A DNA stretch of 64,000 nucleotides from Patescibacteria group bacterium. Lineage in GTDB: Bacteria; Patescibacteriota; Patescibacteriia; UBA11705; DATKZF01. The position numbers and the translations under genes are program-made. Positions 1 to 8,252 of this stretch are shown piece after piece. The notes under the pieces were generated by a model. That model saw nothing but the letters and a program-made list of their open reading frames with translations. It did no database searches and was not told where the DNA came from. The DNA is taken from assembly GCA_049319825.1 (NCBI GenBank), contig JBMORT010000009.1, positions 131,349 to 195,348 of the forward strand, written 5' to 3'. Each line of letters opens with the position of its first letter. The first letter of the stretch is position 1.

Positions 1-819
1 CTGATCAAGCGACCTCAAGAATTACCGCCGATCACCGAAGTTCCGGAACTTATTGGCGCGGTCGGCGAAAACATCGAGTATGCCGCTCAGGTGGTCGGTG
101 ATGAGTTTTTCAATCAGCCTGACGTGGAACAAGCGGCTTCGACTATCGGCGCCGGCGCATTAGGCGCGCTGGCGGCCATCAATCTGGCATCACTGTTCAC
201 CTTTGCGGGTTTTTTACCATACCTGTTTTCACTATTCTCCGAACCGATTTTGTCACTCTTTCCGAGAAAGCGAAAAAAATACGGCACTGTTTACGATTCC
301 GCATCCAAAAAACCGGTTGAGCTGGCGCTTATTCGCTTGTTCGACACCAATACGAATCGGCTGATAAAAACAGCGGTGACGGACAAATTCGGCCGCTACA
401 CGTTGCTGGTCGATCCGGGCAGTTATTATTTAAGAGTCTTCAAGAAAGATTTCATCTTTCCATCGCAAACGGTCAGCGCATCAGATCAAGAACCCGCCTT
501 CACCAATATTTATCACGGCGAGCCGTTGATTATCGTCGAAAAATCGGTCATAAATGTCAATATCCCGATCGATTATGTTAAGCAGGAGGTTCCCGGCAAA
601 AGAGCGGCGATTGTTAAATATTTGCGCGGCGCGCAGCGGTTTATCGCCATTATCGGTCCGGTTTCCGCTTTACTGGTGCTGCTGATCAAGCCTAACGTGC
701 TATCCGCCGTCTTGTTTGCGGTTCACATAATCTTATTCGCTTTGTTTTCCAGAATATCTCAAGGCAGAAAAAAGCAGCCGACCAAATTAAAACTTAGTCC
801 GCAATCAGGCATTCAGTAA
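1..819 (+). CDS. Membrane protein with a carboxypeptidase-regulatory-like (CarboxypepD_reg) beta-sandwich segment. Probably 5'-partial: the frame is open to the window edge and the first start codon is GTG at 91.
   Basis: Frame is open from nt 1 with no stop. Motif 'YGTVYDSASKKPVELALIRLFDTNTNRLI...DKFGRYTLLVDPGSYYLRV' resembles CarboxypepD_reg. Hydrophobic N- and C-terminal segments. Confidence 0.45.
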   Translation: MIKRPQELPPITEVPELIGAVGENIEYAAQVVGDEFFNQPDVEQAASTIGAGALGALAAINLASLFTFAGFLPYLFSLFSEPILSLFPRKRKKYGTVYDSASKKPVELALIRLFDTNTNRLIKTAVTDKFGRYTLLVDPGSYYLRVFKKDFIFPSQTVSASDQEPAFTNIYHGEPLIIVEKSVINVNIPIDYVKQEVPGKRAAIVKYLRGAQRFIAIIGPVSALLVLLIKPNVLSAVLFAVHIILFALFSRISQGRKKQPTKLKLSPQSGIQ

Positions 820-824
820 TTGAT

Positions 825-1349
825 ATGGCGCCGATATTGTATTTGTTAGTATTTATCGCTATCATTTTACTGTTAACCATGGCGGTCGCCGGCAAATTGT
901 CTGCTCCCTATGTGCCGACAAAAAAAGATGATTTAAAAAGAATCGTGAAATTGGCCGGGTTAACTAGCAAAATGACATTCTGTGATCTGGGTTGCGGCGA
1001 CGGCCGGGTGGTCGCTTATGTCGCAAAATTCACTCGGGCCGAAGTCATCGGCATTGAACTGGCCATACCGCTGTATTGTTTTGCCAAAATCAGGCAACAG
1101 CTGCCTAAAAAGCGTAATTTAAAGATAGTCTATGGAAATTTTTTAAACATGGATTTAAGCCGAGCCGACATCATCTACATATTCGGCTTTCCCAAAACCC
1201 TGCAGCAAAAAATCAGCGCGAAAATCAAACGGAATGTGAAATCGGGCGCCAAAATAATTTCATATTTCTTTAAAATACCCGATCTCGAGCTGATTGTCGA
1301 AGATCAGCCACGGAAAAATCAAGCTCCAATTTATGTTTATAAAATATGA
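825..1349 (+). CDS. Class I SAM-dependent methyltransferase with an N-terminal TM helix.
   Basis: Glycine-rich motif I 'CDLGCGDGRVVAYVA', followed by an acidic residue after beta-2 ('IGIELA'). Confidence 0.6.
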   Translation: MAPILYLLVFIAIILLLTMAVAGKLSAPYVPTKKDDLKRIVKLAGLTSKMTFCDLGCGDGRVVAYVAKFTRAEVIGIELAIPLYCFAKIRQQLPKKRNLKIVYGNFLNMDLSRADIIYIFGFPKTLQQKISAKIKRNVKSGAKIISYFFKIPDLELIVEDQPRKNQAPIYVYKI

Positions 1350-1963
1350 AGCTGTATAAAATTATCATTATTGTCGCGATTATTTTGGGTTTGGTCGGCG
1401 GTGGAATTTATATCGGCTGGAAAATCGCCAAACCGGTGAAAACTCAGCAAAAAGTCACAGCCGATGTGATATTGACCGCATTACACGCGCGAGGATTTTT
1501 AGTAACCGAGGCCATTGTGTTCAGTGAACCGATTGTTATCGAAAACACAGAAGGCAGTGTTTGGAAGGATTTGTTTTTCGGGCAAACCATTGAAGCTCGG
1601 GGAAATATGGAAGTGAATTTGGGTGTTGATTTGAAAAAAGTGGAGGCGGCGGATATCATCGTTGATTCGGATCAGGTGACAGTGTGGTTGCCGCGTGCGG
1701 AAATTTTCAATTCCCGATTGGTCGGCCCGATTGATGTGGAAAATAAACAGGGATTGCTTAAACGATTGTTTGATAATGACGACGGTTATAATCAGGCTTT
1801 AGCCGAGATGACCAAACAGGCCGAAGCGGCCGCCGGCACTTTGGAATTATTAAATAAAGCCAGTCAAAACGCTTCTGATGAAGTGACTCGTATTTTACAG
1901 CTAATCGCCAAAGATAAAAAGATTCAAATTAATTTTAAAAATGATGCCGAAGAAGAAAGCTAG
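1346..1963 (+). CDS. Membrane-anchored hypothetical protein (DUF4230-like architecture).
   Basis: N-terminal TM 'IIIIVAIILGLVGGGIYIGW' followed by a soluble domain. Start overlaps the upstream stop (ATGA). Confidence 0.4.
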   Translation: MKLYKIIIIVAIILGLVGGGIYIGWKIAKPVKTQQKVTADVILTALHARGFLVTEAIVFSEPIVIENTEGSVWKDLFFGQTIEARGNMEVNLGVDLKKVEAADIIVDSDQVTVWLPRAEIFNSRLVGPIDVENKQGLLKRLFDNDDGYNQALAEMTKQAEAAAGTLELLNKASQNASDEVTRILQLIAKDKKIQINFKNDAEEES

Positions 1964-2867
1964 ATCTATGAAAAGAATATTGTTGATTTCCATAATATTC
2001 GTTTTTTTCAGCCAGCCCGCGCTGGCTGCCGGCGTTAAAAATATTGATGTCCCTTTCACCGCTCAAGCTCCGGACGGCTGGTATTCGCCATTTGACGAAG
2101 CGTGCGAGGAAGCGGCCACGGTGATGTTGGATAACTTTTATCAAGGAAACCGCTCAATTGCCAACCCGAAGCAGGAGATTTTGGATATCGTCTATATTGA
2201 AAATCAACTTTGGGGAATGAATAAAGATACCAACGCGCTGCAGATGACTCACATAATAAATAATTTTTTTGCTTTTGAAGCGGACACGAAACCCGATCCG
2301 ACTTTAGCGGCCATAAAAAACGAGATAGACAATAATCGTCCGGTATTGGTCCCTGTTTACGGCAGAAGTTTATACAATCCGAATTTCAGGGGAGCCGGAC
2401 CGATCTATCACGTGATAATAATCAAGGGTTATGATGATCCGGCCCGACAATTTATCACCAATGAGCCAGGCACGGTTCATGGTCATAACTGGCGCTACGG
2501 TTACGAAGAGATGATGAATGCCATTCATGATTTGAACTACGGCAATCAGTCTGCCGGTCAAAAGATCGCCATTTTTACTCATGATTACATCAAACATTCC
2601 GGATGGAGTGATGCGGATAAAGACGGTTATACCAAAAGCGAGGAAATCGCCAATAAAACCAGTTTGAAAGTTAAAAATATCGGCGGCAATCTGTCCGTTT
2701 ATGAAGGCCGCCTGCTGCGCAGTCATCTTGACCCCAAAGTTTATTTGGTGACCAACGGACGCAAGCGCCATATCCGTTCAGCCGAGGAATTGTTTAGTTT
2801 GGGGTTCGGTTGGCAAGACGTGGTGCGTGTGGACCAGCAAATTTTAGACGGCATTCCCGCCAAGTAA
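1941..2867 (+). CDS. Secreted peptidase C39-like (YvpB/BtrH-like) domain protein.
   Basis: Signal peptide 'MKRILLISIIFVFFSQPALA'. Cys-containing segment 'DEACEEAATVMLDNFY' and downstream 'YHVIIIKGYDD' resemble C39_2 family catalytic regions. Confidence 0.45.
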   Translation: MMPKKKARSMKRILLISIIFVFFSQPALAAGVKNIDVPFTAQAPDGWYSPFDEACEEAATVMLDNFYQGNRSIANPKQEILDIVYIENQLWGMNKDTNALQMTHIINNFFAFEADTKPDPTLAAIKNEIDNNRPVLVPVYGRSLYNPNFRGAGPIYHVIIIKGYDDPARQFITNEPGTVHGHNWRYGYEEMMNAIHDLNYGNQSAGQKIAIFTHDYIKHSGWSDADKDGYTKSEEIANKTSLKVKNIGGNLSVYEGRLLRSHLDPKVYLVTNGRKRHIRSAEELFSLGFGWQDVVRVDQQILDGIPAK

Positions 2868-2897
2868 AAAAAATAAAAATTTGCACGAAATAGCATT

Positions 2898-3455
2898 ATG
2901 GTCGAAGCTTTTCAATTGGATTTTTTCAAACAGCCGACAGAGTCTTCATCAATCGGGCGATCGCCGGATAAAAAAAGATTGAGTCCGGAAGATAAAAAAA
3001 ATATCCAGTGGTTTTGGCGTTATTTTGAATACAAACAACAGCCCGACGCGGTTATGGGAGAGTTTCCGAATATTGATACCAGCGATCTAGATCCGCAAGC
3101 GCAAAAAGCGGCGGAAAGAGCTTATTATTTCAGCGGCGCTGATCAATACGAGGGATTACCGAGATATTCGCGGACCGATATTCGTCAGCGTCTGCCAATG
3201 AAAAATTTTAAAACCCTACCGGTGGGACAACATTATTCCAATCTTCGGCCGATTAGCGAGCAAGCCAGCCTGCTGTTACTCGAAAGTCCGAGAACCCGGC
3301 AGCTGAGCTGGTATTATGCGGAACCGAAGCGTGGTAATATTATTGAACTGAGGCAATTCCCGGCTGATTTTGTGATGGAATTCAGCCATTATTTTCCGTC
3401 GGAAGTTAAAAATGCGCTGATGATCGCGCAAAAAGATATTGACAATAAAATTTGA
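2898..3455 (+). CDS. Hypothetical protein.
   Basis: Intact ORF with coding-like composition; no recognisable motif. Confidence 0.4.
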   Translation: MVEAFQLDFFKQPTESSSIGRSPDKKRLSPEDKKNIQWFWRYFEYKQQPDAVMGEFPNIDTSDLDPQAQKAAERAYYFSGADQYEGLPRYSRTDIRQRLPMKNFKTLPVGQHYSNLRPISEQASLLLLESPRTRQLSWYYAEPKRGNIIELRQFPADFVMEFSHYFPSEVKNALMIAQKDIDNKI

Positions 3456-3479
3456 CAATTCCAAAAAATTGATTATAAT
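3452..3479 (+). promoter_or_regulatory. Near-consensus sigma70 promoter (TTGACA-N16-TATAAT), ~180 nt upstream of the ATP-grasp gene.
   Basis: TTGACA at 3452-3457 and TATAAT at 3474-3479, read directly. Confidence 0.55.
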
Positions 3480-3661
3480 TTTATTGTTATAAAGTGATGT
3501 ATGAAATATTGCCTATCCAATAAATCAAATATCATTTTCGGCTTTATTTTTAGCCTTGGCTCCTGATGGCTGCTATTTGTCGTATATGTAATGTAGTCAT
3601 CAGCAGCGATGGCTATTTTTAATTAGCCAGTTCATTGAAAAGCAAGTCGAGGAGGGGGAAA

Positions 3662-4903
3662 GTGCCAAAACCAAAGCAGCTCTACGTCCATGCCATCTCC
3701 GATAAAAATTGGAGTGGCATCCATAGCGTTGAGAAATATGAATTCAGGGTGATTGTATCGGCGCCAAAAGATCAGGAAAACATTTACGTATTTTCCGAAG
3801 CACCTGATGAAGAATATCTTGCCTATCGCCGGGATTATTTGGGATATCAAATCGATCAGGAACAGTTTTTCGTCGCCTCCGGCCATGGCCGGCATTTGGC
3901 TGAAAGGGTGCTGAATGATCATCCGCTGGTGGAGCGCCTGAAGGGTATGCTGCCGCAGGGCTCGATCATGGATACTTTTACTGTCGGACCGGCCGAGGAG
4001 CGTTTGGCCGAGAGAATGGGTATGCGTTTGATCGGTAAAACCGCGGACGCGAATTTGGGTTCGAAAAGCAACTTTCGCAGGCTGGTCAAACAATCCGGAT
4101 TTCAGGTGGCTCCCGGCCATGAATGCCTGACCAGCAGTCTCGAGGTTATCGGAGCGGCGGCGGAACTGTTCGACCGCGGTGCTCGGCGCGTCGTGGTCAA
4201 AGGCGATTTTGGCGCCAGCAGTTCTCAAAATCAACTGTTTGAATCCGATGAAAATTGGGTGGAGAAAGTTGAGCGATTTTTGGATGATATTTCATTTTCC
4301 GGCGGTGTGGTTGAGGAATGGATCGAAAATGTGGAAATTTCACCGTCGACGCATTATCAGCTCAACGGAAGAGCGGTGCAGCAACCCGGTCCGTGGGAGC
4401 AGGTGCTTCGAGGACGTAACCGAGTGTATGCCGGTGCCACATACCCTGCCCGAGTCAGTCAAAAACTCGCCAGGGAAATTAAGCGACAAGGTTTGGCGAT
4501 CGCCGGTTTATTCAGCGATTTGGGGGTCGAGGGCGCGCTCGGATTTGACTGTGTGGTGACAAATAGCGGACAAATCATTTGGTCGGAAGCCAATGTTCGC
4601 AAGGGCGGGGTAACCTTTATTCGCGATTTTGCGGTGGTGCAGAATGTCATTGACAGAGTCATCTGGGGGCTTGATTTGGTTGATGAACGGTTGATGAATA
4701 TGTCATTTGGCGAAGTGTTAAAAAAGACAAAACCGCTGCTTTTCCGATCAACCGATTCCGATTCGCAAAAAGAGGGAGTGGTTTTTTACAATGTTGGCTG
4801 TTTGTCAAAAGGAAAGATTCAGCTGATTATCGTGGCCAAAACAGTCGAGGAAGCTCAATTTTACTGGACCATGCTCAATCGAAAAATGTTTGACTTGCTT
4901 TAA
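3662..4903 (+). CDS. ATP-grasp fold enzyme (carboxylate-amine ligase-like). Start is moved to the GTG preceded by GGAGGGGG.
   Basis: Motifs 'RRVVVKGDFGASSS', 'VVEEWIENVEIS' and C-terminal 'FDCVVTNSGQIIWSEANVRKGG' match the ATP-grasp ATP/Mg-binding pattern (E-x-N). Shine-Dalgarno-like sequence at 3651-3658. Confidence 0.5.
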   Translation: MPKPKQLYVHAISDKNWSGIHSVEKYEFRVIVSAPKDQENIYVFSEAPDEEYLAYRRDYLGYQIDQEQFFVASGHGRHLAERVLNDHPLVERLKGMLPQGSIMDTFTVGPAEERLAERMGMRLIGKTADANLGSKSNFRRLVKQSGFQVAPGHECLTSSLEVIGAAAELFDRGARRVVVKGDFGASSSQNQLFESDENWVEKVERFLDDISFSGGVVEEWIENVEISPSTHYQLNGRAVQQPGPWEQVLRGRNRVYAGATYPARVSQKLAREIKRQGLAIAGLFSDLGVEGALGFDCVVTNSGQIIWSEANVRKGGVTFIRDFAVVQNVIDRVIWGLDLVDERLMNMSFGEVLKKTKPLLFRSTDSDSQKEGVVFYNVGCLSKGKIQLIIVAKTVEEAQFYWTMLNRKMFDLL

Positions 4904-4911
4904 TGTCTAAT

Positions 4912-4940
4912 CCCTTACTATAATGATAGTAAGGGTTTTT
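4912..4940 (+). terminator. Rho-independent terminator.
   Basis: Perfect 10-bp stem cccttactat/atagtaaggg with a 4-nt loop, followed by TTTTT. Confidence 0.7.
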
Positions 4941-4984
4941 GATTGATTATATCTTAAATATAAGTCGTTTATCATTGAAAATTT

Positions 4985-5683
4985 ATGAAAGGCTTTTCTA
5001 AAAAATTATTTGATCAAATCCGAAATGTGGTTTTCGGAGTAGAAGACGGATTAATATCGACTCTCGGAGTGCTGACCGGCATTGCCGGCGGCACCAATAA
5101 CCGCGCGGTGATCATACTGTCCGGTTTCGTCATTATTTTGGTCGAAGCCTCATCTATGGCCGCGGGCACATTTTTATCTTCAAAATCGGAAAATCAGGCT
5201 AAAGAAAAAATAATTAAAGAAGAGTTGAAAAGAATCAGACAAAATCCGGAGCGGGAAAGAAAGGAATTAATCGAATTTTATCGGCAGCGTGGCTATAGTG
5301 ATTCCGATATCGACTCAATGGTCAGCCGCATGATGGCCAATGAGGATTTATTAATTGAAGAAATGGCGCATAAAGAATATGGCATTGTCATGCGCAGCGA
5401 CGACAGGGCAAAGACAGGCTCGCGATATATGTTTTTGTCATACATGGTCGGCGGTGCCATCCCCGTGATTCCATATTTGATATTTTCTGTTAATGTCGGA
5501 TTGTTTTTTTCAATTGTCCTGACACTGGTCGGTTTATTTTTACTCGGATTTTATAAAGGAGTTTTAACCAATGTGTCGAGGATTAAAAGCGGCCTGGAAA
5601 TGTTGGCCGTGGCGGCGACCGTATCAGCCATCGGTTTTATTATCGGTCGAATCGTCGGTCATTTAATCGGATTAATCAACTGA
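4985..5683 (+). CDS. VIT1/CCC1-family metal (Fe/Mn) transporter.
   Basis: N-terminal 'VFGVEDGLISTLGVLTGIAGG' is the family signature. Central coiled-coil region and C-terminal TM helices. Confidence 0.7.
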   Translation: MKGFSKKLFDQIRNVVFGVEDGLISTLGVLTGIAGGTNNRAVIILSGFVIILVEASSMAAGTFLSSKSENQAKEKIIKEELKRIRQNPERERKELIEFYRQRGYSDSDIDSMVSRMMANEDLLIEEMAHKEYGIVMRSDDRAKTGSRYMFLSYMVGGAIPVIPYLIFSVNVGLFFSIVLTLVGLFLLGFYKGVLTNVSRIKSGLEMLAVAATVSAIGFIIGRIVGHLIGLIN

Positions 5684-5684
5684 T

Positions 5685-6146
5685 ATGTCTTTAGCCGAAT
5701 ATAAACGAAAACGAAAATTCGACACTACCACCGAGCCCAAACCGGTGATTAAGCGTTCAAGGAAAGGCAATATTTATTCAATTCAAGAGCATCACGCGCG
5801 AAATTTGCATTGGGATTTACGGCTGGAAAAAGATGGCGTATTGATGTCATTCGCCATGCCCAAAATTCCGCCTCGAAAATCCGGCTTAAAACGTTTGGCT
5901 GTTCGAACAGAAGATCATCCGCTAGACTACGCGCTTTGGACAGGCTCGATTCCGGCCGGACAATACGGCGCCGGCACCGTCACCTTATGGGATCAAGGTA
6001 CGTACGATGTCATTGATGAAAAAAAAGGAAAAAAATATATAATCAATATCAACGGACAGAAATTGCATGGTCGCTATGCCTTGGTGAAATTTAAGAAAAA
6101 TTATTGGTTATTTTTTAAAATGAAAAGAATGATTATTAAAGATTAA
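5685..6146 (+). CDS. Standalone DNA ligase D 3'-phosphoesterase (PE) domain protein.
   Basis: 'RNLHWDLRLEKDGVLMSFAMPKIPP' matches the LigD-PE core (HxDxRLE...SWAVPKGP). Start is 2 nt after the VIT1 stop. Confidence 0.6.
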   Translation: MSLAEYKRKRKFDTTTEPKPVIKRSRKGNIYSIQEHHARNLHWDLRLEKDGVLMSFAMPKIPPRKSGLKRLAVRTEDHPLDYALWTGSIPAGQYGAGTVTLWDQGTYDVIDEKKGKKYIININGQKLHGRYALVKFKKNYWLFFKMKRMIIKD

Positions 6147-6217
6147 AGATATGTCTAAAATTACATATTTTTTGTTGATTTCTTGACAGAAATTAACATA
6201 TTCGATAAATTATCAAT

Positions 6218-6452
6218 ACCAGGATGGATTGCTTAAGCCGCTGCTTGATTCTTTCGAGGAGAACTGGAAGTTTTAAAGAAAGCCGGTATTAAATGGCACT
6301 AACCGGCGAGAAGCTGCCCGATGCGTCTTCCAGACCGCGTGCCCTCGGCTGCGGCAAGCTTCCGACCTGGTAAGAGAAATTGTCCCGTAAAATGCATCGG
6401 GACTTCTAGTGCCACCCCCACCGTCAACGACGCGTGGGGGGTTCTTTTTTTA
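6218..6452. ncRNA. Unassigned small-RNA locus. The + strand has a sigma70-like promoter (TTGACA 6183-6188, TAAATT 6206-6211) and an intrinsic terminator (6412-6452). The − strand of 6293-6416 carries SRP-RNA-like motifs. Strand and identity are unresolved.
   Basis: No convincing ORF. − strand read 'UUACCAGGUCGGAAGCUUGCCGCAGCCGAGGGCAC' resembles bacterial 4.5S 'UUUACCAGGUC...GGAA...GCAGCCAAGGCAG'. An 8-bp end-closing helix UGGCACUA/UAGUGCCA is present. I could not fold a canonical GNRA-capped domain IV. Confidence 0.35.
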
Positions 6453-6547
6453 AAAAAATGTGGACAGCGTAATTGACAAATATTTTATAATATCTTAATA
6501 TTTTTATTATATATTTTCAAAACCCGCCGCTACAGAGGAGGTGGATC

Positions 6548-6907
6548 TTGCGAAAAATTCTGGAGGTGGAAGACATGGCGGTGCTGGTGCGGGTGTGGCA
6601 AAAAATGCTGGGGCCTAAGGTCAACGTTATCTGGGCTCCCACAATCGAAGCCGCTCGAATCGAGCTGACGCGCAGTCTGGATTTTGATGCTGTGCTGATG
6701 GATTGCTGTGTCCCAGGAAATATCCCGAACACATATGGACTGACAAGAGAAATCAGATCCATGGGATTCACCAAACCAATTATTGCGAAATCGTCCACGC
6801 AAGATTACTGTTTAAAACAGCTTGAATTCGGCGCCACTCACGCGGCGGTAAACGGCGATGTGATCGAAGTGCTGTTTGAAGTTTTAAAACTTGATCAAAA
6901 TCGATAA
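6548..6907 (+). CDS. Standalone response-regulator receiver (REC/CheY-like) domain protein; TTG start.
   Basis: 'KILEVEDMAVLV' (beta1 with acidic pair) and 'DAVLMDCCVPGN' (phospho-acceptor Asp region). Shine-Dalgarno-like GAGGAGGTG upstream. Consensus-like promoter TTGACA-N17-TAATAT at 6473-6501. Confidence 0.55.
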   Translation: MRKILEVEDMAVLVRVWQKMLGPKVNVIWAPTIEAARIELTRSLDFDAVLMDCCVPGNIPNTYGLTREIRSMGFTKPIIAKSSTQDYCLKQLEFGATHAAVNGDVIEVLFEVLKLDQNR

Positions 6908-7004
6908 TCTAGGCTGGTAATATCCGGCCTCTTTTTATCGGCTATTGACAAATTTTGTAAAATATGCTAATAAATTATGATTGAACCAAGCAAAGGAGGT
7001 TAAC

Positions 7005-7286
7005 ATGTTTGGTATTTTCAGAGGAAAAAAGAAAGGCTTATCTCTTTTTCAGCAGGAAAAAGGGGCACTGAAAGCCAAATATGGTAATACGCCGATTCCT
7101 CCGCTCAAGCATACGGCGGAAAGAAAAGAAAAAGAAACAATTCCAGGCTTTCAATTCGCCTCAAAATGCGGTAGTTGCGGTGCATTCAATATTCATGTAA
7201 TCGAAAAAAGTAAGTCTGGAATACTGGCGCTCATTTGCACCAAGTGCAATGATGTGTACGAAACAGAAGTCATCGCGGACAGTTAA
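7005..7286 (+). CDS. Small zinc-ribbon protein (C-x2-C...C-x2-C).
   Basis: 'CGSCGAF...(17)...CTKCND'. AAGGAGGT Shine-Dalgarno-like sequence 8 nt upstream of the ATG at 7005. The ORF-track start at 6981 is TTG inside that sequence. Confidence 0.45.
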   Translation: MFGIFRGKKKGLSLFQQEKGALKAKYGNTPIPPLKHTAERKEKETIPGFQFASKCGSCGAFNIHVIEKSKSGILALICTKCNDVYETEVIADS

Positions 7287-7362
7287 TAACTGTTCGTTTT
7301 TATTTACTTTTAAACGTGATTGTGTTAAAACAATGGTTGTAAGCGAACTGGCGGAGGAATAA

Positions 7363-7686
7363 ATGAAACCAAATGACGCCGAGCCCACAATTCCCGCTCC
7401 AGTCAGTTACAGTACGAGTGACATCGTTTTATCTTCCGTTGATCAGGCTTACATCGATGCCATGGCCGAGGCCGGTGCCATACTTGACGGAATAGAAACT
7501 TTTGATCTGGTACTGGTGAATGAAATCAAATCAATCAATGTTTATTGCCCTCGTTGCAGTCCGGTCGATCGGCTGGTCAGCTCCTCGCACCGAGTGATGT
7601 TTTCCAGTGTTAAGCATTTGATTGTTAAATGCCACGTTTGCGAACATATTCATCGCGTGCCCAATCAGGTTGAAGTCAGCGGATAA
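7363..7686 (+). CDS. Small zinc-ribbon protein, probable paralogue of 7005..7286.
   Basis: 'CPRCSP...(22)...CHVCEH'. GGAGGAA upstream of the ATG. Confidence 0.45.
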   Translation: MKPNDAEPTIPAPVSYSTSDIVLSSVDQAYIDAMAEAGAILDGIETFDLVLVNEIKSINVYCPRCSPVDRLVSSSHRVMFSSVKHLIVKCHVCEHIHRVPNQVEVSG

Positions 7687-7718
7687 TTCAATAATTATCC
7701 GCATTTTATTGGGAAATA

Positions 7719-7747
7719 TTGACATCCGGGCAAAAATGCCTTATAAT
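7719..7747 (+). promoter_or_regulatory. Consensus sigma70 promoter (TTGACA-N17-TATAAT) driving the tRNA-Thr/rpmG region.
   Basis: Exact TTGACA (7719-7724) and TATAAT (7742-7747). A ~110-nt leader with a GC hairpin plus T-tract (7780-7815) precedes the tRNA. Confidence 0.55.
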
Positions 7748-7867
7748 AAATTTTGTATTCGCCCTCTTGGCAGCGCCGGGCGCATAACGCCGGAGCGGTG
7801 GTTTTTTCCCGATTTTTCAGACTCGAAGAGGCTCAAAATCAAGGATCCTCGAAATTATCAAAAATTT

Positions 7868-7943
7868 GCCGACGTAGCTCAGTTGGTAGAGCAGTGGTTT
7901 TGTAAACCATTGGTCGTGGGTTCGAGTCCCTCCGTCGGCTCCA
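7868..7943 (+). tRNA. tRNA-Thr (anticodon UGU) with encoded CCA.
   Basis: Perfect 7-bp acceptor stem gccgacg/cgtcggc. D-arm gctcagttggtagagc. Anticodon loop tt-TGT-aa. T-arm gggttcgagtccc. 3' CCA. Confidence 0.9.
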
Positions 7944-8050
7944 GTATTGTTTTAAGCGGGGCAACGGGTGTTTGCTTTATTTCATCAAATAATATACAAT
8001 ACAAAAATTCACATGGTTTTTTAATGAATTAATATATTTAACGTAGTTAT

Positions 8051-8206
8051 ATGTCACAAGATAATTTAATCAAATTGGAATGCAAAGATTGTAAGAAAAT
8101 CAATTATTTTTCTCACAAGAATAAAAAAACATTAAAGCAGCGACTGGAACTAAACAAATATTGCAAACATTGCAAAAAACACACCACGCATAAAGAAATC
8201 AAATAA
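8051..8206 (+). CDS. rpmG: 50S ribosomal protein L33.
   Basis: Translation '[51 protein letters not shown]' matches L33, including the zinc-ribbon cysteines. Not in the ORF track because it is under 60 aa. Confidence 0.85.
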   Translation: MSQDNLIKLECKDCKKINYFSHKNKKTLKQRLELNKYCKHCKKHTTHKEIK

Positions 8207-8228
8207 AATTTTTTTTCATGAAATATAA

Positions 8229-8252
8229 AACCGCTCATCAGAGTGGTTTTTT
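8229..8252. terminator. Bidirectional intrinsic terminator between convergent rpmG and the pentapeptide-repeat gene.
   Basis: Stem ccgctc/gagtgg (with one G-U pair), loop atca, flanked by A-tract and T-tract. Confidence 0.55.

Noticed and set aside
3632-4234. 200-aa minus-strand ORF
   Set aside because: It is antisense to the ATP-grasp gene, which has clear family motifs.
6218-6452. SRP RNA on the + strand, or small peptide genes in this locus
   Set aside because: The + strand lacks a GNRA tetraloop and the ACCAGG/GCAGCC motifs (they are on the − strand). The short ORFs (22-26 codons) have no Shine-Dalgarno sequence. Retained only as a strand-ambiguous ncRNA candidate.
7622-8032. 136-aa ORF
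   Set aside because: It overlaps the promoter, leader and the entire tRNA-Thr gene, so it is spurious.
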